Assembly: GCF_035594765.1 (NCBI RefSeq)
Contig: NC_085842.1
Span: 79,646,782-79,710,781, forward strand
Origin: Anolis carolinensis
Taxonomy: Eukaryota
Reading direction: 5' to 3'
DNA: 64,000 nucleotides
Shown one piece after another: positions 47,675 through 60,820 of the stretch. Positions within the stretch are counted from its first letter, which is position 1; each line of letters begins with the position of its first letter. The notes under the pieces were generated by a model. That model had not been told where the DNA came from and made no database searches. It saw only the letters and a list, made by a program, of their open reading frames with translations. A program made the position numbers and the translations under genes.

Positions 47675-50392
47675 AACAGAAACCACAGCGAGAGCATTAG
47701 TATAGCAAGAAAAGTAATAAAATTAATGGTGATAGAATAAAGGTAGTTACTGTTCAGTAAGAACCTTGAAATTAATCTAGAAAAGAACATCTGATGAGAT
47801 TAACTGGGAAGGTTTAGCCATTTTTGAACATATTAAGTGTTATCTGGCATAAGATATAAATGGATACAAATTCGTAATCTAAATATTTGGTTTTTGATAT
47901 CTGATCTTGGTTTTTGTAAAATTGATTTTAAATGGTAAAATGGCAGTATAGTCATCAGGTTCACTTGGTAGAAAAGAGCTATGGTGCCTTTGAGCTAGTT
48001 TAGTGTGACCTGAGCTTTTCTAGCCCACAGCCTATTTCAACATATATTTTCAAATTCAGAACTCACCTGAAGGAGCCTGCAGCTGTGAAGTTTCAAGGTC
48101 TTAAATGTCAAAAACAAGCTTTTGTTTTGATTCTCTTCTTATTCCAATGTGATGTCTGTAACCGTATTTTTTACATTCTTGTCAAAGCTTGGCATTCTGC
48201 ACTTTGGTCGATCCATAACAAGAACTAAGACTCATCTGTCATACGGATTGCAGCAGGAACTACCAGGAGGCTGCCTCTTGCGCTGTTAGTGGGATGCTCT
48301 GTCAACAACCCTTCCTCACCAACAAGCTTGTGCCCTCCGGGTGTTTTGCACTGCAATTCCCATCAGCACCAGCTATTAGTGACTAATTGTTAGAGATGAA
48401 GTCCACAATATTTGAAGGGCACCAGTTTAAAGAAAGCTGTTTTAAGTGTTTGTGATTTGTGAGTGGCAGGAACTTTCAAACTTGTATATATCAGTTTGTC
48501 AGAGAAGTGAGCTACAGTGATTGTAGTGATAAGAGCCAGTATTCAGTAGGGGCCTCATCCTGTCTGATCTTGAAAGCTAAACAGAATCAGTTCTAGTTTG
48601 TACCAAGAAATATCAAGTTCTATAGGCTATGTTTCAGAAGAAATAACTGACAAAATCGTATTCACAATCCCTGCCTAGTCACAATTCCGATACTTGTTGT
48701 CATGATTGTAACTGCTCCGCCAGCCTACTTTCCTGGGTGTCAAGTGTGTAAGTCTATTCTGCCAGTGATTAGAGCATGGGTGCATTTCTGACAGATTTGA
48801 GGCATGGTTGGGCCAAGAGACATTATTTAACTTATAAGCTGATACAGAATATAGGCCAGTGTTCTTTGTCAAATGTTGATCATTTTCTGAAATCTGTTCA
48901 AAATATTCACTGAATGATTTTAAATCACAAGGGTTATGAGGCCATTGTACTTCAGGTTATCTTTTTCAATAGGTTTTCAATCAGCAGTAATAAATCTTAT
49001 GTCTCTTTCTTATCTTTCATTTCTGAATACCTAAGCATCTTTGAGTAGGATCCAAAATACATGAAATTATGTTTCTGGATAAAAACATAATTCAAATATG
49101 TGCCAGGAATATTATGATTTCTCCAATTCATGTATTAACTGATGTGGAGATTTATCATCTCTAAAGCTAACTATGTAGCTGAGATTGAGTACATTGTGAA
49201 GTCCCTGATTTTCTACCATTCCATTTTCTAAACATATTTGAGGTTTTGGCATATGACTTCATAAACTCTAAGATAAGCCCCATAAAAAATCCCAACTGAT
49301 TTGCTCCTGCAATACGTTGGTAATACTTATTGATGTGCTGAGGCTTTCCATCAGTTCATCATCCTGTTTCTATTATGTGTCTTATTTATTATGTATCTTT
49401 CTTGTTCCCAGGCAATGTTAGCAGCTTCCCTTCAGGAGGTGTTAGTAGTGAATTAGCCTGCTATTAGATCCTGATGTAGTGCCAAGAATCTCATGGCTTA
49501 ACTGCTGGGTCCATAACAAAAGACACCTGGATGTGAGAATCTAATATACTCCACACGTTTCAGCAAGATTCTTTTTAAGCTTTAGTTGTGGAGTCATTAC
49601 CTATCACTGAGGGGCTGGGTGGGTGTTACAGCCTGTTAGAAGAATGACATATGAAATAGTTCAGATATACTGGCACAATTGCAGTCTGGCCCCGTGGCCT
49701 TTGGCTCACCCTTAGCAGTGGCATTTTCTTGCTATTTGATATGTCATGGAGGGACAGCTTTGTGCAGTCTGATGTTGCTAGCAGTATGTACTCCACATAT
49801 TATTTCATAAGCTTGTAAAAAAAACCCAAAAAACAATTCAGGGTTGGGTTTGTGACCTTTTAAACTGTATATAAAGTCAAAAGTCATTGTCGCTCTGAGT
49901 ACCTCTTCCATCCCATATAATCAAAGCAAGAAAACTTTCAAAGTAAACTTGTAGTAATCTCCCATTTGCTGCACTGCAGTTTCCCTGTTCATTGGGACAA
50001 AACCAAACCAGTCTCTGATTGTATTTTGTTACATGAAGGATTGTGTGAATGGGTCTCCAATCATACAACTAGATTTTAAGATGACTATACTGTTCTTTTT
50101 TTAGCCATTGTTTTTAGTGATAGGAATCTTTATTTGTACAGCTTTAATGCCATGATTACCATGGTTGTGTGTGATGGAATCATGAGGTTGCAGGTTGTTG
50201 TTGCTGCTGCTGCTGCTGCATGCCTTCAAGTCATTTCTGACTTATGGTGGCCCTAAAATCAACATATCACTGGGTTTTCTGAGGCTGTGTGAACTTGCCC
50301 AGAGTCACTCAATTAGGGATTCAAACCCTGTTCTCCAGACGTAGTCCAGTACAGAAACCAGTGCCATGCAATTTAGGGAGGACTATTTAGAG

Positions 50393-51638
50393 CAGGGCTC
50401 CCCAAACTAAGGCCCGGGGGCCGGATGCGGCCCTCCAAGGCCATTTACCTGGCCCCCGCCCTCAGTTTTAGATTGAGGCTCGTCCAAAGTCTGAAATGAC
50501 TTGAAGGCACACGACAATCCTAATTGAATATCTCATTGGCCAAAAGCAGGTCCACTTCCCACTGAAATCCTGATAAGTTTACAGTATGTTGGTTAAAATT
50601 GTTTAACATAGAATCATAGAATAGTAGAGTTGGAAGAGACCACATGGGCCATCCAGTCCAACCCCCTGCTAAGAAGCAGGAAATCGCATTCAAAGCACCC
50701 CCGACAGATGGCCATCCAGCCTCTGCTTAAAAGCCTCCAAAGAAGGAGCCTCCACCACGGCCCCGGGGAGAGAGTTCCACTGTCGAACAGCTCTCACAGT
50801 GAGGAAGTTCTTCCTGATGTTCAAGTGGAATCTCCTTTCCTGTAGTTTGAAGCCATTGTTCCGTGTCCTAGTCTGCAGGGCAGCAGAAAACAAGCTTGCT
50901 CCCTCCTCCCTTTGACTTCCCTTCACGTATTTGTACATGGCTATCATGTCTCCTCTCAGCCTTCTCTTCTGCAGGCTAAACATGCCCAGCTCTTTAAGCC
51001 GCTCCTCATAGGGCTTGTTCTCCAGACCCTTAATCATTTTAGTCGCCCTCCTCTGGACGCTTTCCAGCTTGTCAACATCTCCCTTCAACTGTGGTGCCCA
51101 AAATTGGACACAGTATTCCAGGTGTGGTCTGACCAAGGCAGAATAGAGGGGGAGCATGACTTCCCTATTTTTAAATATTGTAGTGTTCTTTCATTTACTA
51201 ATATTGTAAATGAAATATTGTAAATGAATAATATGGTAATAATATTATATATTGTGTACACATATAATATTGATAATAATATTATAATGTAATACAATAT
51301 AATATTTATTTATATATTACAGTATTTCTACCTCACCCTTCTCACCCAATAGCGGACTCAGGGTGGCTAATAATAATAATACAATATAATGATATTGTAT
51401 AACATAATAATATTAATTATATATTAAATATTAAATGTAATAGTACTAATAATATTATGGTATAATGGTATAGTGGAATATAGTAATATATAATGCTAAT
51501 TTTTTTTGTACTACAAATAAGACATGAGCAGTGTGCATAGGAATTTGTTTGTATTTTTTTTTCAAATGATAATTCGGCCCCTCAACAATCTGAGGGACCA
51601 TGAATCGGCCCTCCACTTAAAAAGTTTGAGGACCCCTG
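50393..51638. mobile_element. Non-autonomous hAT element (same family as 17035-17753) interrupted by CR1
   Basis: TIR CAGGGCTCCCCAAACT...AGTTTGAGGACCCCTG; perfect TSD ATTTAGAG (50385-50392, 51639-51646). Confidence 0.9.
50607..51166 (-). mobile_element. CR1 3' fragment nested in the hAT element
   Basis: 155-aa ORF nearly identical to the C-terminus of the 40.6-43 kb CR1; CATAGAAT tail. Confidence 0.95.
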
Positions 51639-54310
51639 ATTTAGAGCTTCACCGAACTACAGTCATTCCCAAGATGTTAGTTAAAGTACAAGCAAAGTGC
51701 TGTAATTATTGAACCTTAATAGCTGCATTGGTATTGGAAGAACTGTAAAATATGAACAACAAATTTGCACAGAACATGGATTATCCCTAAAAAATAATTT
51801 GACTCTTTGACACACGTGGATCAAAAATGCCTTGAAACTGTAGGAATCTGCTTAAATAAATAATTACATAAATACTAGAAAAACTAGAAAAGAACTTGGC
51901 AGAGTTTAATATCAGGTAAGGATTTTTCAGGTTGATTCCTCATCTCCTTTGTTATTTGTTATTGCAATGATACTGCCTTCAGGAATGCTAAAGAAAACAA
52001 ATCAGAGGTGAAACATCAAAGCAAGCTGGGGAAATGAACTGTTTATTGTAAATTCGATACTGAATCCTTCAAGAATATTTAGTCAAGACATCTTATTGGA
52101 ATTTTGAATTGAATCTTATTGTATGTGCTGTCTGTCAATATATTTAAAAATGCTGAATCAGAATCGGAATAAAGCACCTTTGTAGGAAGTATAGAAGCCA
52201 GAACTATAATGGAAATTACAGATATTTGGAAATATTACAAAGTGACAATGTTCAACATAAGACTGTAAAGGTTTGCAAGTAGTGTATACACAAATTCTTA
52301 AATTCAAGAAAGTCAAAGCATAACTCCCTGTCTCCAGTTATCTGATATAGTATTGGAATGGTTGACTGGACCCAAGCTGAACTAGATGCACTAGAAAGGA
52401 AAACACATAAAATTGTGATATTGATTGACTGTATCCATCACATAAATATTAGTGACATGGGATTAGAATGCTAAAATGATACATTGGAATATATGAATAC
52501 GTATTTATTTTTATTTGCAAAGAAATTGTGGAAAGAGAAGCTTGAAAGCCTGTCAGAAATGGTGAAGTACAATTCTCATGATGCATCAAGACTCAATCTG
52601 GCAAAAACTGAAATATATTATGGACAGAATTGTGTTCAAGAAAAATAAAAAATACTAGATTATGAAGGTCATAATCCCTCCAAATAGAATAAAATATAGT
52701 GTCAAAACTATATGAGAAAGCCTATAAATTAAGTTGCAGCACTTTTGGAAAAGCAAATCACTGTGGTCCCAGTGGTAATTAGAGATGTGGAAGCAAAACA
52801 AAATGGACTGACAAAACATCTGAATAAATCAGTATAGATTGGGCCATAATAGCACAATTATTTAAAATGGCACTACTTGGAACACACAGCATCATCCAGT
52901 GGTACTGCTATCTTAGATTCTTACGTAAAATCTAAATAATTGCTGTTCAAAATCTTCAGTCAGTAACATCTGGTAGACCATGAAAGCTAGACATAAAAAG
53001 AATACAATATGACTGTTGAAGTTAGAATGGGTTTAAAACATTCCAATTGGTAGCAAGATTTATCACAGCTAAATCAGAGTTGAGTTTTTTTATGACTAGG
53101 ATTTTTATAAGTGGGAATTGCACCTTAATTACCCTAGTCTTACTACACATTCCAAATAGGGCTAGGAAATTCCAGATGTATTTTTTTCCTTCGGGAAAAA
53201 GGAGGGAATGAATTATAAAATATTTATTTTTGAATGATGAATAGGATCTGTAACACAAGGAGTTCATACATTTACTCTCTCAAAATTAATTCTAAAATCT
53301 CTGTGACAGGAAAATCTTTGGCTGATTCACTGTACTACATCAGATTATTCCAATTGCTGGTTTTTCACTGGTTATTGTAGAGATGGGCATTTTACGTCTA
53401 CTGGACATACTGGATACAACTAGAAGAGGGCAATAATTTTGCTTTACTAATTGCAGTGGTTTCTCATGTGTTTTCATTGGGGATTTTCATTATTTTATCT
53501 TCTCCTAATAAACTGGCAAAGCTAAAGATGTTCTTTTCTATTCAAGAATTGCTTTCAATTTAGGATCTGGTAACAATTGTTTTTAAAATAAAATAAATGT
53601 AGATTGTGATTGCTGTCTGAATGAACTGTACTGTTATAGTAAAAAAACATTGCAAATGTAACAAAGTGATTATCGATTTATGTACCCCCCATTTTTCTGA
53701 AAATGGCTTTTTTGCAAAAAGGAGGAGGCACCTCTCCCCATGGTGTCAAAATCTCTAGAAATGTTATATCACTAATTCGAAAATTGTTTTTATATTACTG
53801 TTTGTTTTCAACTGGTGGAAGCTTACTAGGAACACGTAGTTTTGTTCAGAGATTATTGTTTTGATTGTCCATGTGCACATTAGATGCTGCCTCAGCCACA
53901 TTGAAGCCACTTGTCAGATAACTTCTCCACTTCCTGCAAAGCTGGAAAAACATTTGGAATGGTCCAATATGTAGAAAACATAACTTTTTTCATTGAAAAC
54001 AGCAAAGACACCAATTTATATGGCTGAATGGTTGCCATTGCAATTCTGTGTTTGTCTATTCCGAGTCAGAAGTAAATTTCATTTAATATATTTCCAGATT
54101 ACCATATAGGTTGGACAGATATCTAAAATTCAGGCACTGCAACTAGGTTTGCAGTTGGTATAACTGTTTCCATTGCAAATGAAAATTGGTGGGCATATGT
54201 CTACAGCACACTGCTTGTCCACATTTCCTCAGGGTTCCAGTGTATTAGTGGTACACATTGTGTGAAATCAGATCATGTGAGAATGAGTGTCCCTCACAGA
54301 TGTATCCCAA

Positions 54311-54419
54311 CACCTATAACTTATGGTATTTTTTTGTGGTCTGGATTCTCTCAGATCAAGCAATCCCATACTTGGTCTGAGAGAATTCAGAACACAAAAA
54401 ACACTGTAAATTATTGGTG
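54311..54419 (+). repeat. ~50-bp-arm imperfect inverted repeat (hairpin), 10-nt loop
   Basis: Arms 54311-54360 and 54371-54419 are reverse complements. Confidence 0.85.
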
Positions 54420-57400
54420 CTAATATTCACTTATCAGCCAAGAGTCTTGTGCAGTTTTATAAAGTAAAGGCGTTTATTATGGTATTAACCTTTAATGAAC
54501 CACAGTCTGCATATATTTGCTTTCTCGTCAATTTTTTTAAAAGAAAAACATTTCTATATAGCTAATTTTGTAAGGCTGTGTTAAACCTCAACATGTTTTT
54601 ATTTACAGAAGGCTTGGGATCATAATCACATTTATTTGATTCTTCAAATTTGAAAACAACTCCACTCTCTGATTTCCTCCCAGAGGTGCAGCTTGGATCA
54701 CAGCATAGGCATCCAGTCTTCATCAGTGTTAACTGCAAAAGAGTTTTGAAAAAGTTGTTTTTATTTGAATACTCATAGGGAGGAAATTCCTTGTATCAAA
54801 GGTATGTATAAATGTATCTTTCTTGGAGGTTGGCTCTGTGCTTTAAATATATAAAAGCACAATACGGAAAAAATAATCCCAAAGACCCAGAGCCCCCCTG
54901 TAAAAGTGAGGGTGAAGGTCTCCCTCAGATACTCTGTATGGACAAAATCCAAGAAGATAAGCATTGGTTTTTGTTTTAGTTGTATGAGGTATTGCATCTG
55001 GAGTTGTTTCACTAGTTCTGATCAAGTAAGCTTACCAGTAAGTCTACAAAAGCCTAGGCTAGCAACATCTTTCAGTCTCAAAGGTGTCACAATATCCCTT
55101 TATTTATTGATCCAGACTAACACAGCTTTGTCTTTGATTTCTACATTCAATGTTGTTTGCTGTTATGCAGTTAATGTAAACAGATAAAAAGGTTGGCAGT
55201 TACTCAAAGAAATGCTCACTGCCTTGTCTGTAGCTCACTGGTTCTGAAGTCACAACAATAGATTAGCATGACTGCCTTTATATCCTCACTGCAGGAAATA
55301 CGTTTAGGTGGTATGTGAGGTTAGGAGGGAACAGTTAACAGCCAAATTATTTTATTTAGTGGTTGGAGAGGGAGATGGAGGGTTCACAATGATGCAGCCA
55401 TTCTCAGATGGTGGAAAATCTTTATTTTGAAGATAGATCCTGCCCTGAGCAATTGACTGCAGTATTTTCTATAGTGTTCAGGTTTCATAGGCACATGTCT
55501 ATTATACTATATTCAAGACATTCCATTCAGAATATTAACATCTCTCATCCTTGATATGCTGGCCCTAAGGCTGATGGGATTTACAACCCAACAATACCTG
55601 TAGATCCTTATGATTTCTAGGTCTGTTGTAGATCAGGGCTTTTCCACTCTCAGCCCCTTACCATCTGAATATATAGGTATGTAAAATACATATAAAAACT
55701 AAACATTTAATGACAAACCCACATTTGCAAAGCTTGCTGAAGAGCCTGGTTTTCCTTTTTTTATGGCAGTTTCTGTAGATTCCACTGTAACACTGAAAGT
55801 TGTTGCTAACAGATTTGTGTAAATGCCTAAAACTGTCACTAGGTTGTTCAGAAACTTTTTACTTTTTACTGCTGCCAATTTTTGTGACCCCCATTTGGGA
55901 TCAGGACCACAATTTAAGAAGTAGTCTTCTAGACCATCTGTTTAAAAAGCATGGTTCATACCTCTGATGTACATAGTTCACCCTCTCTACTGAATAAAGA
56001 AGGATGACTTCTGTTGTAGCCACCAAAAAGCTAAGGAAAGAAAAATATCAAATTGAAAGGAAACATGACCTAAAAAAGAGGAGTATAAGAAAACATGAAT
56101 TGAACTAGGGAGTTGTCATAATGACTGTGCCTGGTTGGCTGTCCTGACACAGTGAGCACCACAGGGCTTCTGGGAATGTTAATCCTATGTTAAGTCTTGA
56201 TAGTAAAAATTTTCATAAATCTTCTGTAAAACTGGAACTAACAGCACTTGTATGGGGTCTTGTAAATAGGATACTAAGAATGTCAAAAGACTCAGATGTT
56301 ATAGGAAAAGAAGGTTTTTTAAAAGAGTGAGCATAGAGGAAATATAATCATAACCACCATTCATTTGTGCTGATGGCCTCATGAACAAAGTATTCCCCCC
56401 TGCTTGTTACCATTAAGTCTATATAGATGAGATATACACATATAAGATTTACATGTTCCCATACAACTTGTTTCATAATTGCATAGTAGACTAGAGAAGA
56501 AGGTAAGTACTAGGACAAAAATAATTGTGTGTAACTCCACGCAGAAAGAAGGTAGCAAACTGAACCTTGCTCCTGGCATTCTTCAAATGCAGTCACCCAC
56601 GCAGCATTTCCCCCATTCTTTTCCTGACAGCTCAAAGTGACTTGATATGCATTCGCACTATTGTCCTTTAAACGGTTTTGTAGCTTTCTGAAACCCTGCA
56701 AAACTGCTTTGACCGGAGGACAATAACATGCCTCTCTTTGGTCACCCTTAATAATAATATGGCCAGCCAAGGTATTCACACACTTCAATAAGTCCAATTC
56801 CTGGAAGCAATAAACACCTTGGAAAAGTTCTCTGATGAGTGATTTCACAACATGAAAGTATAGGTGCACACCCTTTATAAATGTTAATGCTGGGGCTTCT
56901 ATGTGTGACTTCCATAGCAGAGGGTGGGAAGGGTTCATCACGTATAGTACAGAGCTTACATTTTATAGGTAGGAAGAGAAAAGGGATACTAAAATACTAT
57001 ATATGTAGCCAAACAAGAAAACAAAAAAAGGACCTGCATGGGATTATTTGCTGAGTTGACAGGCACCCTACTTTGGCCTGTTTGAAGTCCCAACAGAGCC
57101 AAAGAATAGTAGCACAACATCTGCCAAAGCACTTTCTAAGCACTGAGCTCATTTCTGCAAGTGAAGCACTTGTGGCCAAACTGTGCTAATGGTTGGGGAT
57201 AAGTAACTACTTTATTAACAGTAGAAGCTTTTGGCACTAAATTAAAAATCTTGGCTTCTAGCCTTTCCGTTGCTCTAGTCCCTTCGGAGACATTAATATC
57301 CCTGCTCCACAGCATTCCTATTATCGCTTCATTAAGGATCAGATAATGATATGTATGGATAGTTTATTCTGTGCAGGTGCTGATTAATGGCTAATATTTC

Positions 57401-59205
57401 ACGAGGTGTTAATGGGGGCTTTCTTTTATGAAGTGAGCCAAAGGGGTTCTTTCATAATCTCTTCCACAAACTATGTAATTTCACCCATTTTCACTAATGT
57501 GACAGATTTACCACGCATCCTATGCCCCTCTGGGAACATAGAGAAAGGCTGTGTAACAGCAGTAATAACCCTGAAAGTGGCATCATTCCTGCAAAACCAA
57601 TCCCAAGTTCCAAAATGCTGCTGCATGTTGTGTGAAGCTTGAGGCTCTTGGCCTGCCACATAGGTACAAGCATTTACCATAAGCTTTTTTCTCTTTCTCA
57701 TAAGGGGGGACGTGTGTGCGCATTCAAGTCACTTATCGATTTATGGAAACCCAAAACATTTAATTAGGTTTTTTTTTAAGATCAGGAATAGTCAGATTCA
57801 TTTACCAATTCTGTCTTCTGAAATATAGCTAACAGCACCTGGTAATCATTTGTAGTCTCCCATCCAAGTATTAACCAGAGTTGGCCCTGCTTAGTGTGCA
57901 AGACCAGATGGAATTTGGAGCCTTTAGGTATTTAGTCCAAAGGGGGACATAGCTATGTGGTATTTTAGAATGAATTTTCCTTGGAACAGATGGTTTTGAC
58001 TTTGGATTTCAGATAGGGAAGAACTCAACCTGCTGGATAAAAAAAAACACGTAGCAAAGGCAATGAAATGCAGACCTTTAACTAGTACTTTAACTTTAAC
58101 AGGCACCACACATCCACCTTAGGATATTGCTTTTCTTCTAATAGCAAGGTGTATATCTCTTCTATTGATGTTGGAGAACTGCTTCAGAAAACAGCTTAGA
58201 AGCAGAGGCTAGAACATACTGCTCCAGGCATGTTTTCTGTAGTTGAAAGCAAGCTTCTTAAGGTGTCTCTTTTTTACATGATCAGACTGTGAGAGAAGGT
58301 GGCTTACAAGGAAACCTGCAGAGAAGCAAGGACTCCTAAGAAAGGATAACAGATACGGTTGGAGGGTCACTCCTCCACCAGCAGATCTGCATATTATCTC
58401 AAGTAAGGCTTTTTGTTTATTGATTTATGGGCCAAGGAGCAACTGAACACTGTGCGTTCATTGTCTGTAAAAATTAAAGATTCAACTGATAACAAGATAC
58501 ATTTTTTCTTGCTGGATTGAATCAGGTCCTCCCAATAATCTAAGTTTCCTCCTTCAACTGGGAATACAAAATTATAATAGCATTTTATACAAAGTGCTTT
58601 GCTTTGGGGACCTGCTGCATGGTGGAATTCAGTGGCATTCACTTTTTATCACATGTTTGCGATACTTCTGTATGTTCTGGAGGATATTTACTTGGTGCCA
58701 ATACTCTGCGCTCTCTTGAGCATTTATAAAGGAGTGTTGAATGTTTGCACTTAAAATCCAACAACTCACCCCAAACATGGCGATCACTTCTAAACTGATA
58801 CCTACAGGGGATAAACCTCATAAGAAACCAAAATTGCAATTACCCAGGCATAGCTCTGGCAAACTGCACATCAATTTGCTATTTATGTAAAACAGCTGCA
58901 TGAACAGAAGCACAGTTTGAAACGGTTGGGTTAAAGCATAGATGGGAAACATTTGGCCATCTAGATGTCATTGGGCTTCCAAATCCCAGAAGGCTAATAA
59001 AAAAGTACAGTGGTAGTGGATTGTTGAGAGTTCAACTAAAACTCTGAATCCCTGGGTTAGGAGAATAAAAGATAGCAGTGCATGGCAACAGTTTCTAGAA
59101 AATAACCATAGAGACAGCTCTCCTGCTATTTATGCATGGCACTGAACTTTCCAATAGCATTGTGCTATAGAAAACTCTCAGAGGTGAGCATTCTTTGTTG
59201 CAAAT

Positions 59206-59290
59206 CCCCAGCGTATTACATGGCTTCAATCCCTATATGAAATTAGTGATATAATCACATAGGAATAAAAAGCCATAGAAGACAATGGGG
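59206..59290 (-). ncRNA. MIR135A1: miR-135a precursor (5p 59277-59255), probable miR-135a-1 orthologue by synteny with GLYCTK
   Basis: Exact mature UAUGGCUUUUUAUUCCUAUGUGA; star arm UAUAGGGAUUGAAGCCAUG; basal CCCCA/UGGGG stem. Confidence 0.95.
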
Positions 59291-59630
59291 CATACTGGTA
59301 GCACCAGTTAGCAGATGGACCTCTCAGATGAAACCATATCAATCTTTTGTTTCTGTCTCTTTTCCCGTCTTTTCCTCATCCCTACCTTAAATGGTGTCTC
59401 TTCACAAGGTTTCTCTTCAGTCGTCGCCGTGCATTTGGAGTTGGTTAGGAGTATTTCACATTTCCAGGATCTTCTTTCTTTTTCACTAAAGCCTTGGGTT
59501 ACACCAACAGTAAGATGTAAAAGGGTGTCTTAGGAGCAGAAGTACACTTAGTAGAATTAAGGAAGAAGATACCACTTAGTACATGGGCTAAGTCAAGCAC
59601 TTATTTTCAGTATTAAAACACAAAAACTCA

Positions 59631-59758
59631 GGCCCCATCTACACTGCCATATAAAATCCTGATTATCTGCTTTGAACTGAAATTTATGGCAGTGTAGACT
59701 AATGTAATCCAGTTCAAAGCAGATAATCTGTATTTTATATGGCAGTGTAGATGGGGCC
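59631..59758. mobile_element. PIF/Harbinger MITE
   Basis: Perfect TIR GGCCCCATCTACACTGCCATATAAAAT; 3-bp TSD TCA. Confidence 0.85.
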
Positions 59759-60587
59759 TCAGTCACCTTCCTTGCCCCACTGCTTTCTTCACTTCTACGG
59801 GTTAATTTAGACAAAGGAATGTCACATATTGATTGTGCTGCTATTAAACAACTAAAAATGGAGGGGGAGAGATATTTGTAGATCTACTGCAAACCACAGA
59901 GAGATCTAGTAATAAATCCTGATTGGTCCAGCCCTTCCCTAGAGGTTTAGGGCCTGAAATGATAGATGTAAGGGATGACATAATTACTGAGTTGCAAAAG
60001 AAGAGAAATAAAGTATTAAAGGCTATATGAAGTAAAGAGAAGGCATAGAAAAGGTAAAACAAATAGTCAAACACTAGAACAGGCAAACAGCTTTGCTTCT
60101 GTGTTATTCCTTCCCACTCAGATAATATTTTTACTTATAACATGGCGATCTGCTGAGTGAGACTATAGAAGATCATTCAATATTTTTTGTGTTTGTGTTT
60201 CATGAAAATTTTACTTGACAAAAACACAATTTTCTGTGCAAAAAATATTGAATTTATTTTTGCAAAAAGGAGCCAAAATCAACCCCCCCCCCAAAAAAAA
60301 ATCAACCCCACACTATTTTTTCATGAGGATTTCTCAGTATGTTGACAATAAGGAGGGGAAAATTTGCATTAAGAAGGGGAAAATTTGTATACGTTATATC
60401 CTTGTTGTCAATCATGTTATCAAATTAAAGTCTTGTTATCTGGAACTTCAGATGTGCACTATGCTTTTGTGCAATCACAAACATTTATTTGGGAGGGGCA
60501 TCTTTTTTCATTTTAATTGTCTTTACACTCATATCAATTAGCCAAGTAAAGATGCACTTATGGCAGGTTTCATGGTTACATATAGAT

Positions 60588-60820
60588 TCCCTGGTGGCGC
60601 AATGGGCTAAACCCTTGTACTAGCAGGACTGCTGGTCGAAAGGTTGGCAGTTCAAATCTGGGGTCAGCTCCCATCTGTCAGCTCTAGCTCCTCATGCTGG
60701 GACACAGGATGGTAAAACAACAAACATCCAGGTGTCCCCTGGGCAAAGTCCTTGCAGATGGCCAATTCTCTCACACCAGACGTGACTTGCAGTTTCTCAA
60801 ATCGCTCCTGACACGAAAAT
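60588..60820 (+). mobile_element. tRNA-derived SINE (Anolis SINE2-like)
   Basis: GGTGGCGCAATGGG A box, GTTCAAATC B box; body shared with 19358-19600. Confidence 0.75.

Noticed and set aside
47440-47790. ORFs spanning the N run
   Set aside because: Artefacts of the assembly gap
56510-56941. 143-aa minus-strand ORF
   Set aside because: No recognisable motif or splice structure; compatible with chance in 64 kb
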